A stretch of 64,000 bases of DNA from Alphaproteobacteria bacterium (GCA_963555825.3 CAUVXB020000001.1:384001-448000); one strand, 5' to 3'; positions 32,851 through 43,266 are shown, counted from the first letter of the stretch. The notes: generated by a model not told the origin, from the letters alone. Program-made: numbers and translations.

Positions 32851-35844
32851 ATGCGACAATCGTTGGCGACCATCGCGCTGGTCCTGGGACTCTCGGCGCC
32901 GGCGCTTGCCGGCACCGGCCACGACCGCGCGGTCGTGGCCGGCGCGGGCACAGCGGATGCTGCGGCAGCGCTCCGTCTCGCCCAGCTCGCCGCGACCGGC
33001 GACGCGCGGGTGGCGATCGACTTCGGCACGTATTTCGCGTTGGTCATCGGCAACCAGGAATACAAGAACCTCGCAGACGTGCCGTCCGCACGCGACGACG
33101 CCGACGGCATCGCCGAGGTGTTGACCGAGCGCTTCGGCTTTCAGGTCGAGCTGTTGCTCGATGCATCGCGCTACGAGATCATCTCGGCGCTCGCCGCGCT
33201 GCGCCGCGAACTCGAGGAAACCGACAACCTGCTCATCTACTATGCCGGCCACGGCCATCTCGACATCGAATCGGAGGAGGGCTACTGGCTGCCGGTCGAC
33301 GCCGAGCCGGACAATTCGGTCAACTGGGTGTCGAACAGCACAATGACCGGTTTGATCCGGGCGGTGCGCGCCAAGCACGTCATCGTCATCGCCGATTCGA
33401 CGTATTCCGGCCGGCTGACGCGCAACGTCGACGCTGATTTGATGACCGGGACGGAACAGGACGCCTGGATTGCGCGCATGGTGCTGCACCGCTCGCGCAC
33501 GGCAATGACCTCGGGATCGGCGAAGCCGGTGCCGCACCCGATCGGCGGCCCTAATTCGGTGTTCGCGCGCGCGCTGTTGGAGACATTTCGCGAGATGACC
33601 CGGCCGTCCGATGGCCAGACGGTGTTCGATGCCATCAAGCGGCCGGTCGTGCTCAACGCCGACCGCACGCCGCAATACGCCAATCTCAACAAGGCGGGTC
33701 ACGATGGCGGCGATTTCGTCTTCGTGCCGTTACTCGCCAGCCTGGCGCCCGGCGACGTAACCGAGGCCGTGGTGTTGCTTCCGCCGCCGGCCTTGGCGCC
33801 GGTGCCCGAGGCGCCGCTCGCCGACGCCGAGACGATCGAGCTGGTCTTCTGGCAGTCGGTCGCCAACAGTTCCAGCGCCGCCGACTACCAGGCCTATCTC
33901 GACCAGTATCCCGACGGTATCTTCGCGCCCCTCGCGCAAGGGCGGATCAACGAACTCGGCGGCGCCGCAGCGCCCACGATGCCAGCGCTCGATACGGGTC
34001 CGGGCATCATCGAGCAGGCGTTCTGGGACGCGGTCGCCGACAGCGGCAATTCGCTGGATCTCGAGGCCTATCTGCAGCAGTACCCGAACGGCCATTTCGC
34101 CGAGACCTCGCGCGCCATGCTCGAAGAGATTGCGCGCGCCGAGGCGGTTGAGGCGGAGGGTGAGCGCCTCGCCGCCGAAGAAGCCGAGAGCCAGCGGCTG
34201 GCGGCGGAAGAGGCCGAGCGCATCCGGTTGCAGGCCGAGGCCGACGCGCGCCAACGTCTCGCGGCGGAAGAGGCCGAACGCCAGCGGCGCGCGGCGGAAG
34301 AAGCCGAGCGTCAGCGGTTGGCGGCGCAAGAGGCCGAGCGCCAGCGCCTGGCCGCCGAGACCGAGGCCGAACGCCAGCGTCTCGCCGCCGAAGAAGCCGA
34401 GCGCCAGCGTCTCGCGGCGCAAGAGGCCGAGCGTCAGCGGCTGGCGGCGGAAGAGGCCGAGCGCCAGCGCGTCGCCGCCGAAGAAGCCGAGCGGAAACGT
34501 TGGATGGCGGAAGCCGAACGCCAGCGTCTCGCGGCGCAAGAGGCCGCACGCAAGCGGATCGCGGCGCAAGAGGCCGAGCGTCAGCGCCTCGCCGCCGAGG
34601 CAGCGGAGCAACAGCGTCTAGCCGCCGCGACCGAGGCCGAGCGCCAGCGTCTCGCCGCCGAGGAAGCGGAGCGCCAACGCCTCGCGGCGCTAGAGGCCGA
34701 GCGCCAACGCCTGGCGATCGAGGAGACGGAGCGCGAGCGGCGCGCCGCGGAGGCCGAGGCTGAACGCCAACGGCTGGTGGTGCAAGAAGCGGAACGCAAG
34801 CGCCTCGCGGCCGAGGAGGTGGAACGCCGACGCAGGGCGGCGGAAGAGGCCGAACACCTGCGTCTTGCCGCGCACGAATCCGAACGCCAAATGCGTCTCG
34901 CCGAAGAGGAGGCCGAGCGGCAGCGTCTCGCCGCCGAGGCCGCCAAGCGCCAGCGCCTGCTGGCCGCGGAGGCCGAACGACAGCGCCTCGCGGCGGAAGT
35001 GGCCGAGCGCCGACGTCTCGCGGCGCTAGAGGCCGAACGGAAACGCCTCGCGGCCGAGGAGGCCGAGCGTCAGCGTCTCGCCGCCGAGGCCGCCGAGCAC
35101 CAGCGCCAACTCGCCGCGGAGGCCGAGCGCAAACGGCGCGCCGCCGAACAGACGGCAAAGGAGAATGCCGAGGCGCAGGCGAAGGAGATGAAGACGGCTG
35201 CGTTCGCTCCGTCGGCGGCGGTTACGCCCAAGCAGACCTTCATGGCGAACACCGGCAAGAATATCCCGCCGATCGCCGCGCCGATGTATCTGACCGCCTA
35301 CGCCAGCGTCGTCACCGGCCGGAGCGCCAACGCGATCAAGCCGCTCAGGCACTTGGTCGAGGCCGACCCGGCGCTCGCCGACGTGCACAACGCCCTCGCG
35401 CTCGCCCTGTTCACGGCAGATCCGAACGACGACGCGCTCGCGCTCGAACACGCCGATATCGCGCTTGCGCTGGCCCCCGACGTGCCGCAGTTCGCTGTCA
35501 CGCGCGTTTTGACCGATCGCAAGCAGTGGAAGATCGCCGCCGACGGCACCGCCCGCCTGACGGCCGCCGCCGCGCGCAGCCTGAAGAAGACCGCGAACGT
35601 GCTGGTGACGATGCGCAGCAACGCAAGGAAGCTCGGCAAGCTCCTGTCCGCCATCGAACAGAGCGGCGGCGATGCCGAGTATCCCTTTGTCTTGCCAGGC
35701 TACACGACGCTGATCAAGAACCCCAAACTCGGCTTCACGCGGCCCAGTGACAAGGCTTTCAGGACCGCCCAAAAGGCGATCGAGCAGAAGATCATCGCGC
35801 TCCGGCAACGGATGATCGCTGGCGAAGAAGGCGTCGCGAACTGA
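32851..35844 (+). CDS. exported caspase-like (C14 p20) protein with long E/R/A repeat helix
   Basis: Signal peptide, ALVIGN, YYAGHG, IADSTYSG, QYA..GGDFVF; two FW..YL.QYP.G.FA repeats; about 30 AEEAERQRLA units. Confidence 0.85.
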   Translation: MRQSLATIALVLGLSAPALAGTGHDRAVVAGAGTADAAAALRLAQLAATGDARVAIDFGTYFALVIGNQEYKNLADVPSARDDADGIAEVLTERFGFQVELLLDASRYEIISALAALRRELEETDNLLIYYAGHGHLDIESEEGYWLPVDAEPDNSVNWVSNSTMTGLIRAVRAKHVIVIADSTYSGRLTRNVDADLMTGTEQDAWIARMVLHRSRTAMTSGSAKPVPHPIGGPNSVFARALLETFREMTRPSDGQTVFDAIKRPVVLNADRTPQYANLNKAGHDGGDFVFVPLLASLAPGDVTEAVVLLPPPALAPVPEAPLADAETIELVFWQSVANSSSAADYQAYLDQYPDGIFAPLAQGRINELGGAAAPTMPALDTGPGIIEQAFWDAVADSGNSLDLEAYLQQYPNGHFAETSRAMLEEIARAEAVEAEGERLAAEEAESQRLAAEEAERIRLQAEADARQRLAAEEAERQRRAAEEAERQRLAAQEAERQRLAAETEAERQRLAAEEAERQRLAAQEAERQRLAAEEAERQRVAAEEAERKRWMAEAERQRLAAQEAARKRIAAQEAERQRLAAEAAEQQRLAAATEAERQRLAAEEAERQRLAALEAERQRLAIEETERERRAAEAEAERQRLVVQEAERKRLAAEEVERRRRAAEEAEHLRLAAHESERQMRLAEEEAERQRLAAEAAKRQRLLAAEAERQRLAAEVAERRRLAALEAERKRLAAEEAERQRLAAEAAEHQRQLAAEAERKRRAAEQTAKENAEAQAKEMKTAAFAPSAAVTPKQTFMANTGKNIPPIAAPMYLTAYASVVTGRSANAIKPLRHLVEADPALADVHNALALALFTADPNDDALALEHADIALALAPDVPQFAVTRVLTDRKQWKIAADGTARLTAAAARSLKKTANVLVTMRSNARKLGKLLSAIEQSGGDAEYPFVLPGYTTLIKNPKLGFTRPSDKAFRTAQKAIEQKIIALRQRMIAGEEGVAN
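34153..35150 (+). repeat. intragenic degenerate tandem repeat of about 30 bp (AEEAERQRLA)n
   Basis: Recurring GAGGCCGAGCGCCAGCGTCTCGCCGCC-like units. Confidence 0.9.
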
Positions 35845-35868
35845 CGCAGCAACCAGGGAGATCGAGCC

Positions 35869-36255
35869 ATGATCGTAAAGACGGCCGAGGACATCGTCGG
35901 CGGCAAGGGCGACACGACGCTTAGTGGCGGCAACGCCCGCACACTACGCTACTTGCTGCGCGACGACGGTGTCGGATTCACCGCCTCCGACATCCGCGTC
36001 GGCGCCGGCGGCGAAAAGGTGCTGTGGTACAAGAACCACATCGAGGCCAATCTCGTAATCGAGGGCGAGGGCACGGTCGAGGACATGGCCACCGGCACGG
36101 TCTACGACCTCAAGCCCGGCACCATCTACGTGCTCGACAAGCACGACAGACACTGCATCCGCTCCAAGACAGCGATGCGCCTGATCTGCGTCTTCACCCC
36201 GCCGCTGGTCGGCGGCGAGGTGCACGACGAGGACGGCGCCTATCCACTGCTCTAG
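35869..36255 (+). CDS. ectC: solitary ectoine synthase-type cupin
   Basis: DGVGF, WYKNHIEA, GEG, YVLDKHDRH, CVFTPPLVGGEVHDEDGAY. Confidence 0.88.
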   Translation: MIVKTAEDIVGGKGDTTLSGGNARTLRYLLRDDGVGFTASDIRVGAGGEKVLWYKNHIEANLVIEGEGTVEDMATGTVYDLKPGTIYVLDKHDRHCIRSKTAMRLICVFTPPLVGGEVHDEDGAYPLL

Positions 36256-36269
36256 ACCGTTCCCAGCAC

Positions 36270-36674
36270 ATGGCCGAGAACGAAGCGGTGCTGTTCGCCA
36301 ACGAGGCGTTCTATCGCGCCTTCGCCGACGGCGACCTGGCGGCGATGGATGCGGTGTGGGCGTCGGTTGCGCCGGTCGCCTGCATTCATCCCGGCTGGAA
36401 CCTGCTCGACGGCCGCGAGGCGGTGATGGCGAGCTGGCGTGCGATCCTGGACAGCCCCAACCGTCCCGACATTTCGAGCGTCGGCGGCGCGGCGACGACT
36501 TACGGCGACACCGCCGTCGTCACCTGCTACGAGGCGGTCGGCGAGGGCTATCTGGTCGCGACAAACATCTTCATCCGCGAGGCCGGCGCCTGGAAGATGG
36601 TGCACCATCAGGCCGGACCGACCCCGCCGCCCACGCTCGAGGCATCGGGCGACACGGCGCCGGCCGTGCATTGA
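36270..36674 (+). CDS. NTF2/SnoaL-like protein
   Basis: ANEAFYRAF..DLAAMDAVW..CIHPGW..ATNIF..WKMVHHQA. Confidence 0.88.
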   Translation: MAENEAVLFANEAFYRAFADGDLAAMDAVWASVAPVACIHPGWNLLDGREAVMASWRAILDSPNRPDISSVGGAATTYGDTAVVTCYEAVGEGYLVATNIFIREAGAWKMVHHQAGPTPPPTLEASGDTAPAVH

Positions 36675-36839
36675 GCACGCGGGTGTTCGTCGGATTTGGC
36701 GAAAAGCGTTTGAGACTGTATAGTTAAGCTTGGTGTCCGGCATTCGGGGCGATCGCCTCGGCCGGGCATGCGTTGGATCAATGCGCCGCCGGATACGGAC
36801 CAGCGTCCGGCGGCGGCACTACCCGGAGATACGGTCGGC

Positions 36840-37463
36840 ATGATCAACCGTCGCTTGATACTTACATTGGCACTGGTCGCGATGACCGGCATCGCCGGCG
36901 CCGCCTACGCCACGGCGCAACCCGGCAACGCGTCGCAGTTCATCCATCAGCTCGGCAACCAGGCGATTACCACCCTGCAGACGTCCGGCATCACGCTAGA
37001 GGAACGCGAGGCGCGCTTCCGCGGCATCTTGCGCCAGGGCTTCGACCTGCCCTTCATCGGTCGCTTCGTGCTTGGTCGCTATTGGAAGCAGACCGCGCCC
37101 GATGTTCGTGCCGACTATCTGAACCTGTTCAGCGAGTACTTGGTGCAGATCTATTCGGCGCGGCTTGGCGGCTATGCCGGCGAAACTCTGTCGGTGCTCG
37201 CCGAACGGCCGGCCGGCGCCAAGGACGTCGTCGTCAGCACGCGCATCGTACGCCCCTCGGGACCGCCGATCACGGCCGAGTGGCGGGTGCGCGTCACCGA
37301 CAACCGCCTGCGCATCATCGACGTTTCGGTCGAGGGCGTCAGCATGGTGGTGACCCAGCGCTCGGAATTTGCGTCGGTCATCCAGCGCAACGGCGTCGAG
37401 GGGCTGATCGAGGTGGTGCGCGCGCGCACCACCAAGATGTCGGTCACCGCGGCGGTCAATTGA
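36840..37463 (+). CDS. mlaC: MlaC/Ttg2D phospholipid-binding protein
   Basis: Signal peptide, FDLPFIGRFVLGRYW, IIDVSVEGVSMVVTQRSEF. Confidence 0.88.
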   Translation: MINRRLILTLALVAMTGIAGAAYATAQPGNASQFIHQLGNQAITTLQTSGITLEEREARFRGILRQGFDLPFIGRFVLGRYWKQTAPDVRADYLNLFSEYLVQIYSARLGGYAGETLSVLAERPAGAKDVVVSTRIVRPSGPPITAEWRVRVTDNRLRIIDVSVEGVSMVVTQRSEFASVIQRNGVEGLIEVVRARTTKMSVTAAVN

Positions 37464-37521
37464 GTGGGTGGCGAAGATGAAAGCATCGGGACGGGTTGTC
37501 GAAAGTATGAGGATTGAAGAC

Positions 37522-38349
37522 ATGAAGATTGGTTTGACGAGAAACCTGGGCCGCGCCGCCGCGCCCGTGGCGTTCGCCGTGGCGCTCGCCGCGACGCCCG
37601 CGCTGGCCGATTTCACCGACGGCTGGCAGGCCTATCAGAAGGCAGATTTCGGCGCCGCGCTCGAGGAATGGCGGCCGCTCGCCGACGCCGGCGACGCACA
37701 GGCGCAGTTCGCCATCGGCACGATGTACGACCAGGGCAAGGGCGTCGAATGGGATCAGGCGACGGCGGTCGCCTGGTGGCTCAAGGCGGCCGACCAGAAC
37801 TTCGCGCCCGCCCAGCACAACCTCGCCAACAGCTACATCGCGGGCGACGGCGTGCCGCAGGACTACGCCATGGCGATCAAGTGGCTCGAGGCGGCGGGCG
37901 ACCAGGGCCAGGCGCGTTCGAAATACACGCTCGGCAAGATGTACAGCTACGGCCTGGGCGTCCCCAAGGACCAGACGGTCGCCTTCAACTGGTTCGTCGA
38001 GGCGGCCGAGGACGGCTATGTCCGCGCGCAGTACAATCTCGGCAAGATGTACCGTGACGGCCTGGGCGTCGATCAGGACTACGCAGCAGCGGTCGAGTGG
38101 TACCAACTGGCCGCCGACCAGGGCTACGCCAAGGCGCCGGCGAGCCTGGGCAAGCGCTATGCTTTGGGCGAGGGCGTTGACAAGGATTTGGTCCAGGCGC
38201 TGTTCTGGACGTCGCTGGCCGCCGATCAGGGCCTCGAGCGCGCGGTCGTCTCGCGCGACGACATGTCGGCGGACATGACGGCCGAGCAAATCGCCGACGC
38301 CGACGCACTGCTCATCGATACTGTCATCCCCGCCGCCGGCGGCGACTGA
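37522..38349 (+). CDS. Sel1-repeat exported protein
   Basis: Signal peptide plus about 5 AQ.NLG.MY..G.GV..D...A..W...AA repeats. Confidence 0.92.
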   Translation: MKIGLTRNLGRAAAPVAFAVALAATPALADFTDGWQAYQKADFGAALEEWRPLADAGDAQAQFAIGTMYDQGKGVEWDQATAVAWWLKAADQNFAPAQHNLANSYIAGDGVPQDYAMAIKWLEAAGDQGQARSKYTLGKMYSYGLGVPKDQTVAFNWFVEAAEDGYVRAQYNLGKMYRDGLGVDQDYAAAVEWYQLAADQGYAKAPASLGKRYALGEGVDKDLVQALFWTSLAADQGLERAVVSRDDMSADMTAEQIADADALLIDTVIPAAGGD

Positions 38350-38420
38350 CCAGCGCGGAGTCGGCCGCAACCGGTCGTCCGTGCCGCGGACCGGCGCGCC
38401 GTGAGTGAGGGGGGAAGCCG

Positions 38421-39671
38421 ATGAGGCAGGCGCGCGTGGAGCGGTTGGCGATTTTCGTCGGTTGCCTGTGCCTGCTTCTGGCGCCCATGACGGCGCGCGC
38501 GGCGTTGCCGCCCCACATCGTCCAGCGCATCCAGCTTGCCGCCCAGGAAAGCCGCTCGCTCGACCAGCGCGACCTTGCGATGGCGCGGATGCTCCAAAGT
38601 GGCGAGCTTGCAACCACGATGGCGCGCCATTCCGGCCGTCATGCCTCGGCGGCAATGAGCGAGGCTGTGGTCGGCTCGATCTCCGAATATCCCTCGCTCG
38701 CCGGCGAGATCGTCGCCACCGCGGTCGCCGTCGCGCCTGGGTTGCGCGACAGCATCGTCAGCAATTCGATCAAGGCGTTCCCGGCCTTCGCGCCGACCAT
38801 CGCCGCCGCCGGTGGCGTATCCGGCGCCGCACCGCCGGCCGGCTATTACGCCCAGACGCCGACCTATTACAGCCAGACACCGACCTATTACGGCCAGGCC
38901 CCCGCGCCGGCCTACGGCTATGGGCAGCCCGTCCAGCCGGCCTTCGGCCAGCAGGCGATGGCGGTCGGCGCGCCGGACATCGACGCGAATTTCACCGAGG
39001 GCGCGGGCGGCACGGGCGAGCGGATCTATGATCCCTTCGAGACCGTCAATCGCGGCACCTTCTTCGTCAATGACGTGCTCGACACCTTTCTGTTCCGGCC
39101 GCTTGCCATCGGTTATCGTTTCGTCACCACCGAAGGCATCCGCCGGTCGAGGCGGAACTTCTTCCTGAATCTCGGCTCGCCGGTCGTGCTCGCCAACGAC
39201 CTGCTGCAGCTCGAGATTGGCGGCGCCGGTGTCACCACCACGCGTTTCGTAATCAACTCGACCATCGGCGTCCTCGGCCTGTTCGAGATGGCCGCGGATT
39301 TCGGCTATGCGCCCCACCACGCCGATTTCGGCCAGACACTGCACAGTTACGGGTCGCAGCCGGGCGCCTATCTGGTGCTGCCGATCCTGGGGCCGAGCAC
39401 CGCGCGCGACGGCGTCGGCACCGCGGTCGACCTGCTCTTCGATCCGTTGTTCTGGCTGCTCGAGCCGTTGCCGAAATTCGGCCTCAACGTCGCCGAGGGT
39501 ACGACCCGGCGCGAGACGCTGATCGAGCCGCTCGACGACCTCAAGGCCGGTTCGGTCGATTACTATTCGGCGTTGCGCAGCGCTTACTATCAGGGCCGCG
39601 CGGTCGAGCTGCGCAAGGGCCGGACGGCCGATAGCAGCAAACTCGACGATCTCTTCGAATCGATGGAATAG
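38421..39671 (+). CDS. mlaA: MlaA/VacJ family protein with long N-terminal extension
   Basis: DPFETVNR, RFVINSTIGVLGLF, DFGQTL, YLVLPILGPSTARD, LRSAYYQ in the C-terminal half. Confidence 0.88.
   Translation: MRQARVERLAIFVGCLCLLLAPMTARAALPPHIVQRIQLAAQESRSLDQRDLAMARMLQSGELATTMARHSGRHASAAMSEAVVGSISEYPSLAGEIVATAVAVAPGLRDSIVSNSIKAFPAFAPTIAAAGGVSGAAPPAGYYAQTPTYYSQTPTYYGQAPAPAYGYGQPVQPAFGQQAMAVGAPDIDANFTEGAGGTGERIYDPFETVNRGTFFVNDVLDTFLFRPLAIGYRFVTTEGIRRSRRNFFLNLGSPVVLANDLLQLEIGGAGVTTTRFVINSTIGVLGLFEMAADFGYAPHHADFGQTLHSYGSQPGAYLVLPILGPSTARDGVGTAVDLLFDPLFWLLEPLPKFGLNVAEGTTRRETLIEPLDDLKAGSVDYYSALRSAYYQGRAVELRKGRTADSSKLDDLFESME
38844..38900 (+). repeat. three 21-bp tandem units encoding YY(A/S/G)Q(T/A)P
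   Basis: TATTAC at 38844, 38865 and 38886. Confidence 0.8.
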
Positions 39672-39765
39672 GACGCCATTCCGCGGCGCGCTGCGGCGCG
39701 CCCCGCTCGCCATTTTCTAATCGAGCCAGACACCTTTTTAATTCTTTGATGTCAGGTATATTAAA

Positions 39766-41407
39766 CCCGCATTTCCCAAGTATCGTCGATATTCAGTGCG
39801 GCGAGAAGGCGATTCTGCTATAAGAATCATGAAGTTGTAGCATACATGGAGCGGCGGATATGGCACACCCGATGGGTGAATCGAAACCGGGGTGCCTTCG
39901 GGTCGTTTTTGACCGTCGATTGAAGCTTGAATTCCACGGTTCCAAGATCACCTCTGATGCCGGGTTGCTCGCCTACCGGGAGCTTGACGATGCCCTCGGC
40001 CTGACTGAGATGGCCGAGGGTGTTTTCCAGGATAGCCGTACCGGCAAGAACGGATGGCACGGCATGACGGGTCAGTTTCGCCAGTCCGTTTTCGGGCGCC
40101 TTGGCGGCTATGACGATGTGAACGACGCCGACCGTCTGGGACGCGATCCCGCCATGCGCTGGATTGTTGGCGGCAAGGCCATCGAAAGACAGGCCGCTTC
40201 CACCAGCCAGATGGGACGCTTCGAGACGGAGCTATTGGCCACCGACGAGAACGTTGAAGCCTTGGTCGACATGAACGGGGTGTGGATCGACAAGGTTCAT
40301 GACCGCCATCCGCCGAAGATGATCATTCTCGACATGGACAGCAGCGTCAGCCCGACCCATGGCGAACAAGAGGGAACAGCGTACAATGGTCACTTCGGCT
40401 GTACCTGCTAGCATCCGCTATTCCTGTTCAACCAGTTCGGCGACTTGGAGAGATGTTCCCTGCGCCCCGGTAATGTTCACAGTGCCGACGGATGGCGGAA
40501 TGTTCTGGAGCCGGTGGTGATGCGCTATAAGGAAAGGAAGGTGCGGCTGTATTTTCGTGGCGATGCCGCCTTCGCCTCACCGGAGATATACGAATATCTC
40601 GAAGCCGAGGGATTACTCTACGTCATCCGCCTCAAAGCGAACGCGATTCTCCAGCGGAACATTGCCCATCTGCTTACGCGACCTGTCGGTCGCCCGCCCG
40701 ACCATGTTCGCCGTTTCCACGCCAGCTTCAGCTATCAGGCCGGATCGTGGAACAAGAAGCGCCGTGTCGTGGCCAAAGTGGAGTGGCACCCCGGCGAGCT
40801 GGTTCCTCGCGTCGGTTTCATCGTCACTAATCTGTCGCGCCCTACCAAGCGGGTGGTGGCGTTCTATAATCACCGTGGCACGGCGGAGCAGCACATCAAG
40901 GAAGGCAAGAACGCCATCAACTGGACCCGTCTGTCATGTCGCAAGTTCCGCAACAATGCCGTTCGGCTCCAGCTTCACGCCCTGGCCTACAATCTGGGCA
41001 ACTTCATGAGGACACTGGCTTTGCCGAAGGAGGTGGAGCACTGGTCGATGACGACGTTGCGCGACAAGCTGGTGAAGATCGGGGCCAAGGTTGTCCGACA
41101 TGGCCGCTACGTTACGTTCCAATTGGCTGAGGTGGCGGTGCCGAGGGACCTGTTCCGGAAAATCCTGAGCTTGATTGATGATCTGCGACGAAGACCCGCT
41201 CCGGCGTAGGCCGAGGGAATCGACGGCGAGGAGAAAGCGACAGGAGAGGTGTGTCTGGATGGCGAGAAAAATGACCGAGTGGCCTTCCAAGCGCGGGCCG
41301 ATTACCAAAATCATGCCATCGGATGGCTGCATAGGGGATACAGTTCCCTTGGCGGTGGGAAAGTGGTACGATTTCCACGAATTTGGATGGTATATGGGGA
41401 ATGTCGG
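39766..41407 (+). mobile_element. IS1380-family insertion sequence
   Basis: Imperfect IRs CCCGCATTTCCC / GGGGAATGTCGG in an AT-rich target (TTAAA/TTAAG). Confidence 0.85.
39860..41209 (+). pseudogene. IS1380 transposase with internal amber stop
   Basis: TSDAGL, LDMDSS, CTC*HPL (TAG 40409-40411), RGDAAF, YNHRGTAEQHIKE, all in one frame. Confidence 0.9.
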
Positions 41408-41652
41408 TTAAGGGAAATCCCTCGATTATCACCCATTAGGGTGATGACTGGAGCGCGAAATTGGTCAGAATGGGCCTCGGCAAGGCTGACGATCCCTTGC
41501 CGCCCGGGCCGGCGGCCCGGATTACCGAATCATGTAGAGGTTATCGGATATACCGAGCCTCGTTCTTCGGAACGGGGCTCTTTGTGCGTGCGCCACGAGG
41601 CGCGGTACCCGCCCGGGACGGGCGGCGGATGACAAGGAAGGAACCAGTGGTC

Positions 41653-41904
41653 ATGGCGTCGAATACGATTCCCTTCCCCAACGCGAGCAAGAAAGCCCAC
41701 GACCAGTCGCCGCCTTGCGACCCGGAAATCGCCGAGCGAACGCGCCGTGCCGTTGCCGAGCTTCAAGGCGCCATGGACGAAGCGGTGCTTGCCGGTCTCG
41801 TCGTCGAGCCTTGCTTCCGCCGCATCGAGCAACGCTTCGCCGGCGACGGCATGTCGATCGATTCCTTCGTCTGCAAGGTCGATATCTATCGAGGGCTCGC
41901 GTAG
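41653..41904 (+). CDS. hypothetical protein
   Basis: 83-aa ORF after a GGAAGGA RBS-like sequence with host-like codon usage. Confidence 0.6.
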   Translation: MASNTIPFPNASKKAHDQSPPCDPEIAERTRRAVAELQGAMDEAVLAGLVVEPCFRRIEQRFAGDGMSIDSFVCKVDIYRGLA

Positions 41905-41935
41905 CGCAATCGGCCACGCTTCCCGGGGACGCCCC

Positions 41936-42289
41936 ATGTTCGAACGCATCAAGGATTTTCTGTTCGGCCCGGTACCCGAGCGCAGGCAAGAGCCGCGCAT
42001 CGCGGCGGTCGACGGCACGATCGAGATCGACGGCCAGATCTACCCGATCAAGAACTGGAGTTCGGCGGGCTTCCTGGCGACGTCCTGCGCCATCGAGCGC
42101 GACGTCACGGACGGTCTCGACATCCGGTTCCGGGCGCGGCTTGGCCAACAGATGCTCGACATCGCCTGTCGCGCGACCGTCGTCAGGATCGACCCCGACA
42201 GGCGGGTGCTCGCGGGCCGCTTCACCAAGCTGGACGATGCGGCGATGGGCCAGATCGCGCAGCATTTCGCCGCCGGCGCGGCGGCCTGA
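41936..42289 (+). CDS. stand-alone PilZ-like protein
   Basis: RRQEPR (RxxxR) and NWSSAG (D/NxSxxG), then ATVVR..F. Confidence 0.75.
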   Translation: MFERIKDFLFGPVPERRQEPRIAAVDGTIEIDGQIYPIKNWSSAGFLATSCAIERDVTDGLDIRFRARLGQQMLDIACRATVVRIDPDRRVLAGRFTKLDDAAMGQIAQHFAAGAAA

Positions 42290-42312
42290 CGCATTGCCGC
42301 GCCGTTCGATCG

Positions 42313-42753
42313 CTAGTCACCCGCGGCGGGCGTCTCCAACTCACCCTGGAACTTGAATCGAAGGTAACGGGGCAGATCGTCGCTGGTCTCGACCCATGAC
42401 AGGCGGTGTGAGCGCCAGATGTGGATGTCGGGCGCGGTCGCCTCGGGTTCGTCGAACGACGCGATGGCGACGTAGATCTCGGGGATCCGCTCGTCGGTGA
42501 GCGTCAACGAGGTGCCGCATCGGCCGCAGAACGTCCGCGTCACGCCCGGCGACGACGGGTGCGCGACGGGCTCGCCGCTGACCATCTCGAAGCCGGCGCG
42601 ATCGTAGGCCGCCCAGGCCATGAGCGGCGCGCCGCTGGCACGCCGGCAACCCCGGCAGTGGCAGAACTCGATCAACACTGCGTCACCGGCGACACGGAAT
42701 CGAACGTCGCCGCAATGGCAGTGGCCCGTGATGCCGTCATCCGTCTTGGACAT
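42313..42753 (-). CDS. GFA/CENP-V family protein
   Basis: GHCHCG, CHCRGCRR, FCGRCG. Confidence 0.92.
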   Translation of the reverse strand: MSKTDDGITGHCHCGDVRFRVAGDAVLIEFCHCRGCRRASGAPLMAWAAYDRAGFEMVSGEPVAHPSSPGVTRTFCGRCGTSLTLTDERIPEIYVAIASFDEPEATAPDIHIWRSHRLSWVETSDDLPRYLRFKFQGELETPAAGD

Positions 42754-42861
42754 GGCGCGCTTCTCCCCCCAACCCCCGTTCGATCGTCAGTGTATACCAA
42801 CCCGTTCCGCGATAGGCTATACGCTCCCGGAACCGAACGGCACGCAACGGAGGGTGACGCG

Positions 42862-43266
42862 ATGCGAACCGGTGGATGCCAATGTGGCGCGGTGCGCTAC
42901 GAGACCGTCGACGCGCCGACCGAGCTCTACGTCTGTCATTGCCTGGAATGCCGCAAGCAGTCGGCCTCGGCGTTCGAAATTTCGTTCATCGTGCCGCACC
43001 GCGACATCACCCTGACCCAGGGCACGCCGCGCTTTTGGCAGCGTCCGACCGACAGCGGTGGGCAAATTAGATGTGCTTTCTGCCCGGACTGCGGCTCGCG
43101 GCTGTGGCACGAGGACGCGGCCGATCCCGACCGGGCCAGCATCAAGGGCGGCACGCTCGACGAGGCGCCCGACATCTCGGCGGTCGATCACATCTGGACC
43201 AAGCGCAAGATGCCCGGCATCGTCATTCCCGACGACGCCCGCCAGTTCGCGGAAGAGCCGGACTAG
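42862..43266 (+). CDS. GFA/CENP-V family protein
   Basis: GGCQCG, CHCLECRK, FCPDCG. Confidence 0.92.
   Translation: MRTGGCQCGAVRYETVDAPTELYVCHCLECRKQSASAFEISFIVPHRDITLTQGTPRFWQRPTDSGGQIRCAFCPDCGSRLWHEDAADPDRASIKGGTLDEAPDISAVDHIWTKRKMPGIVIPDDARQFAEEPD

Noticed and set aside
34153-35150. Regular 30-bp repeats as a CRISPR array
   Set aside because: Units are contiguous, in frame, degenerate at third positions and have no unique spacers; no cas genes are present
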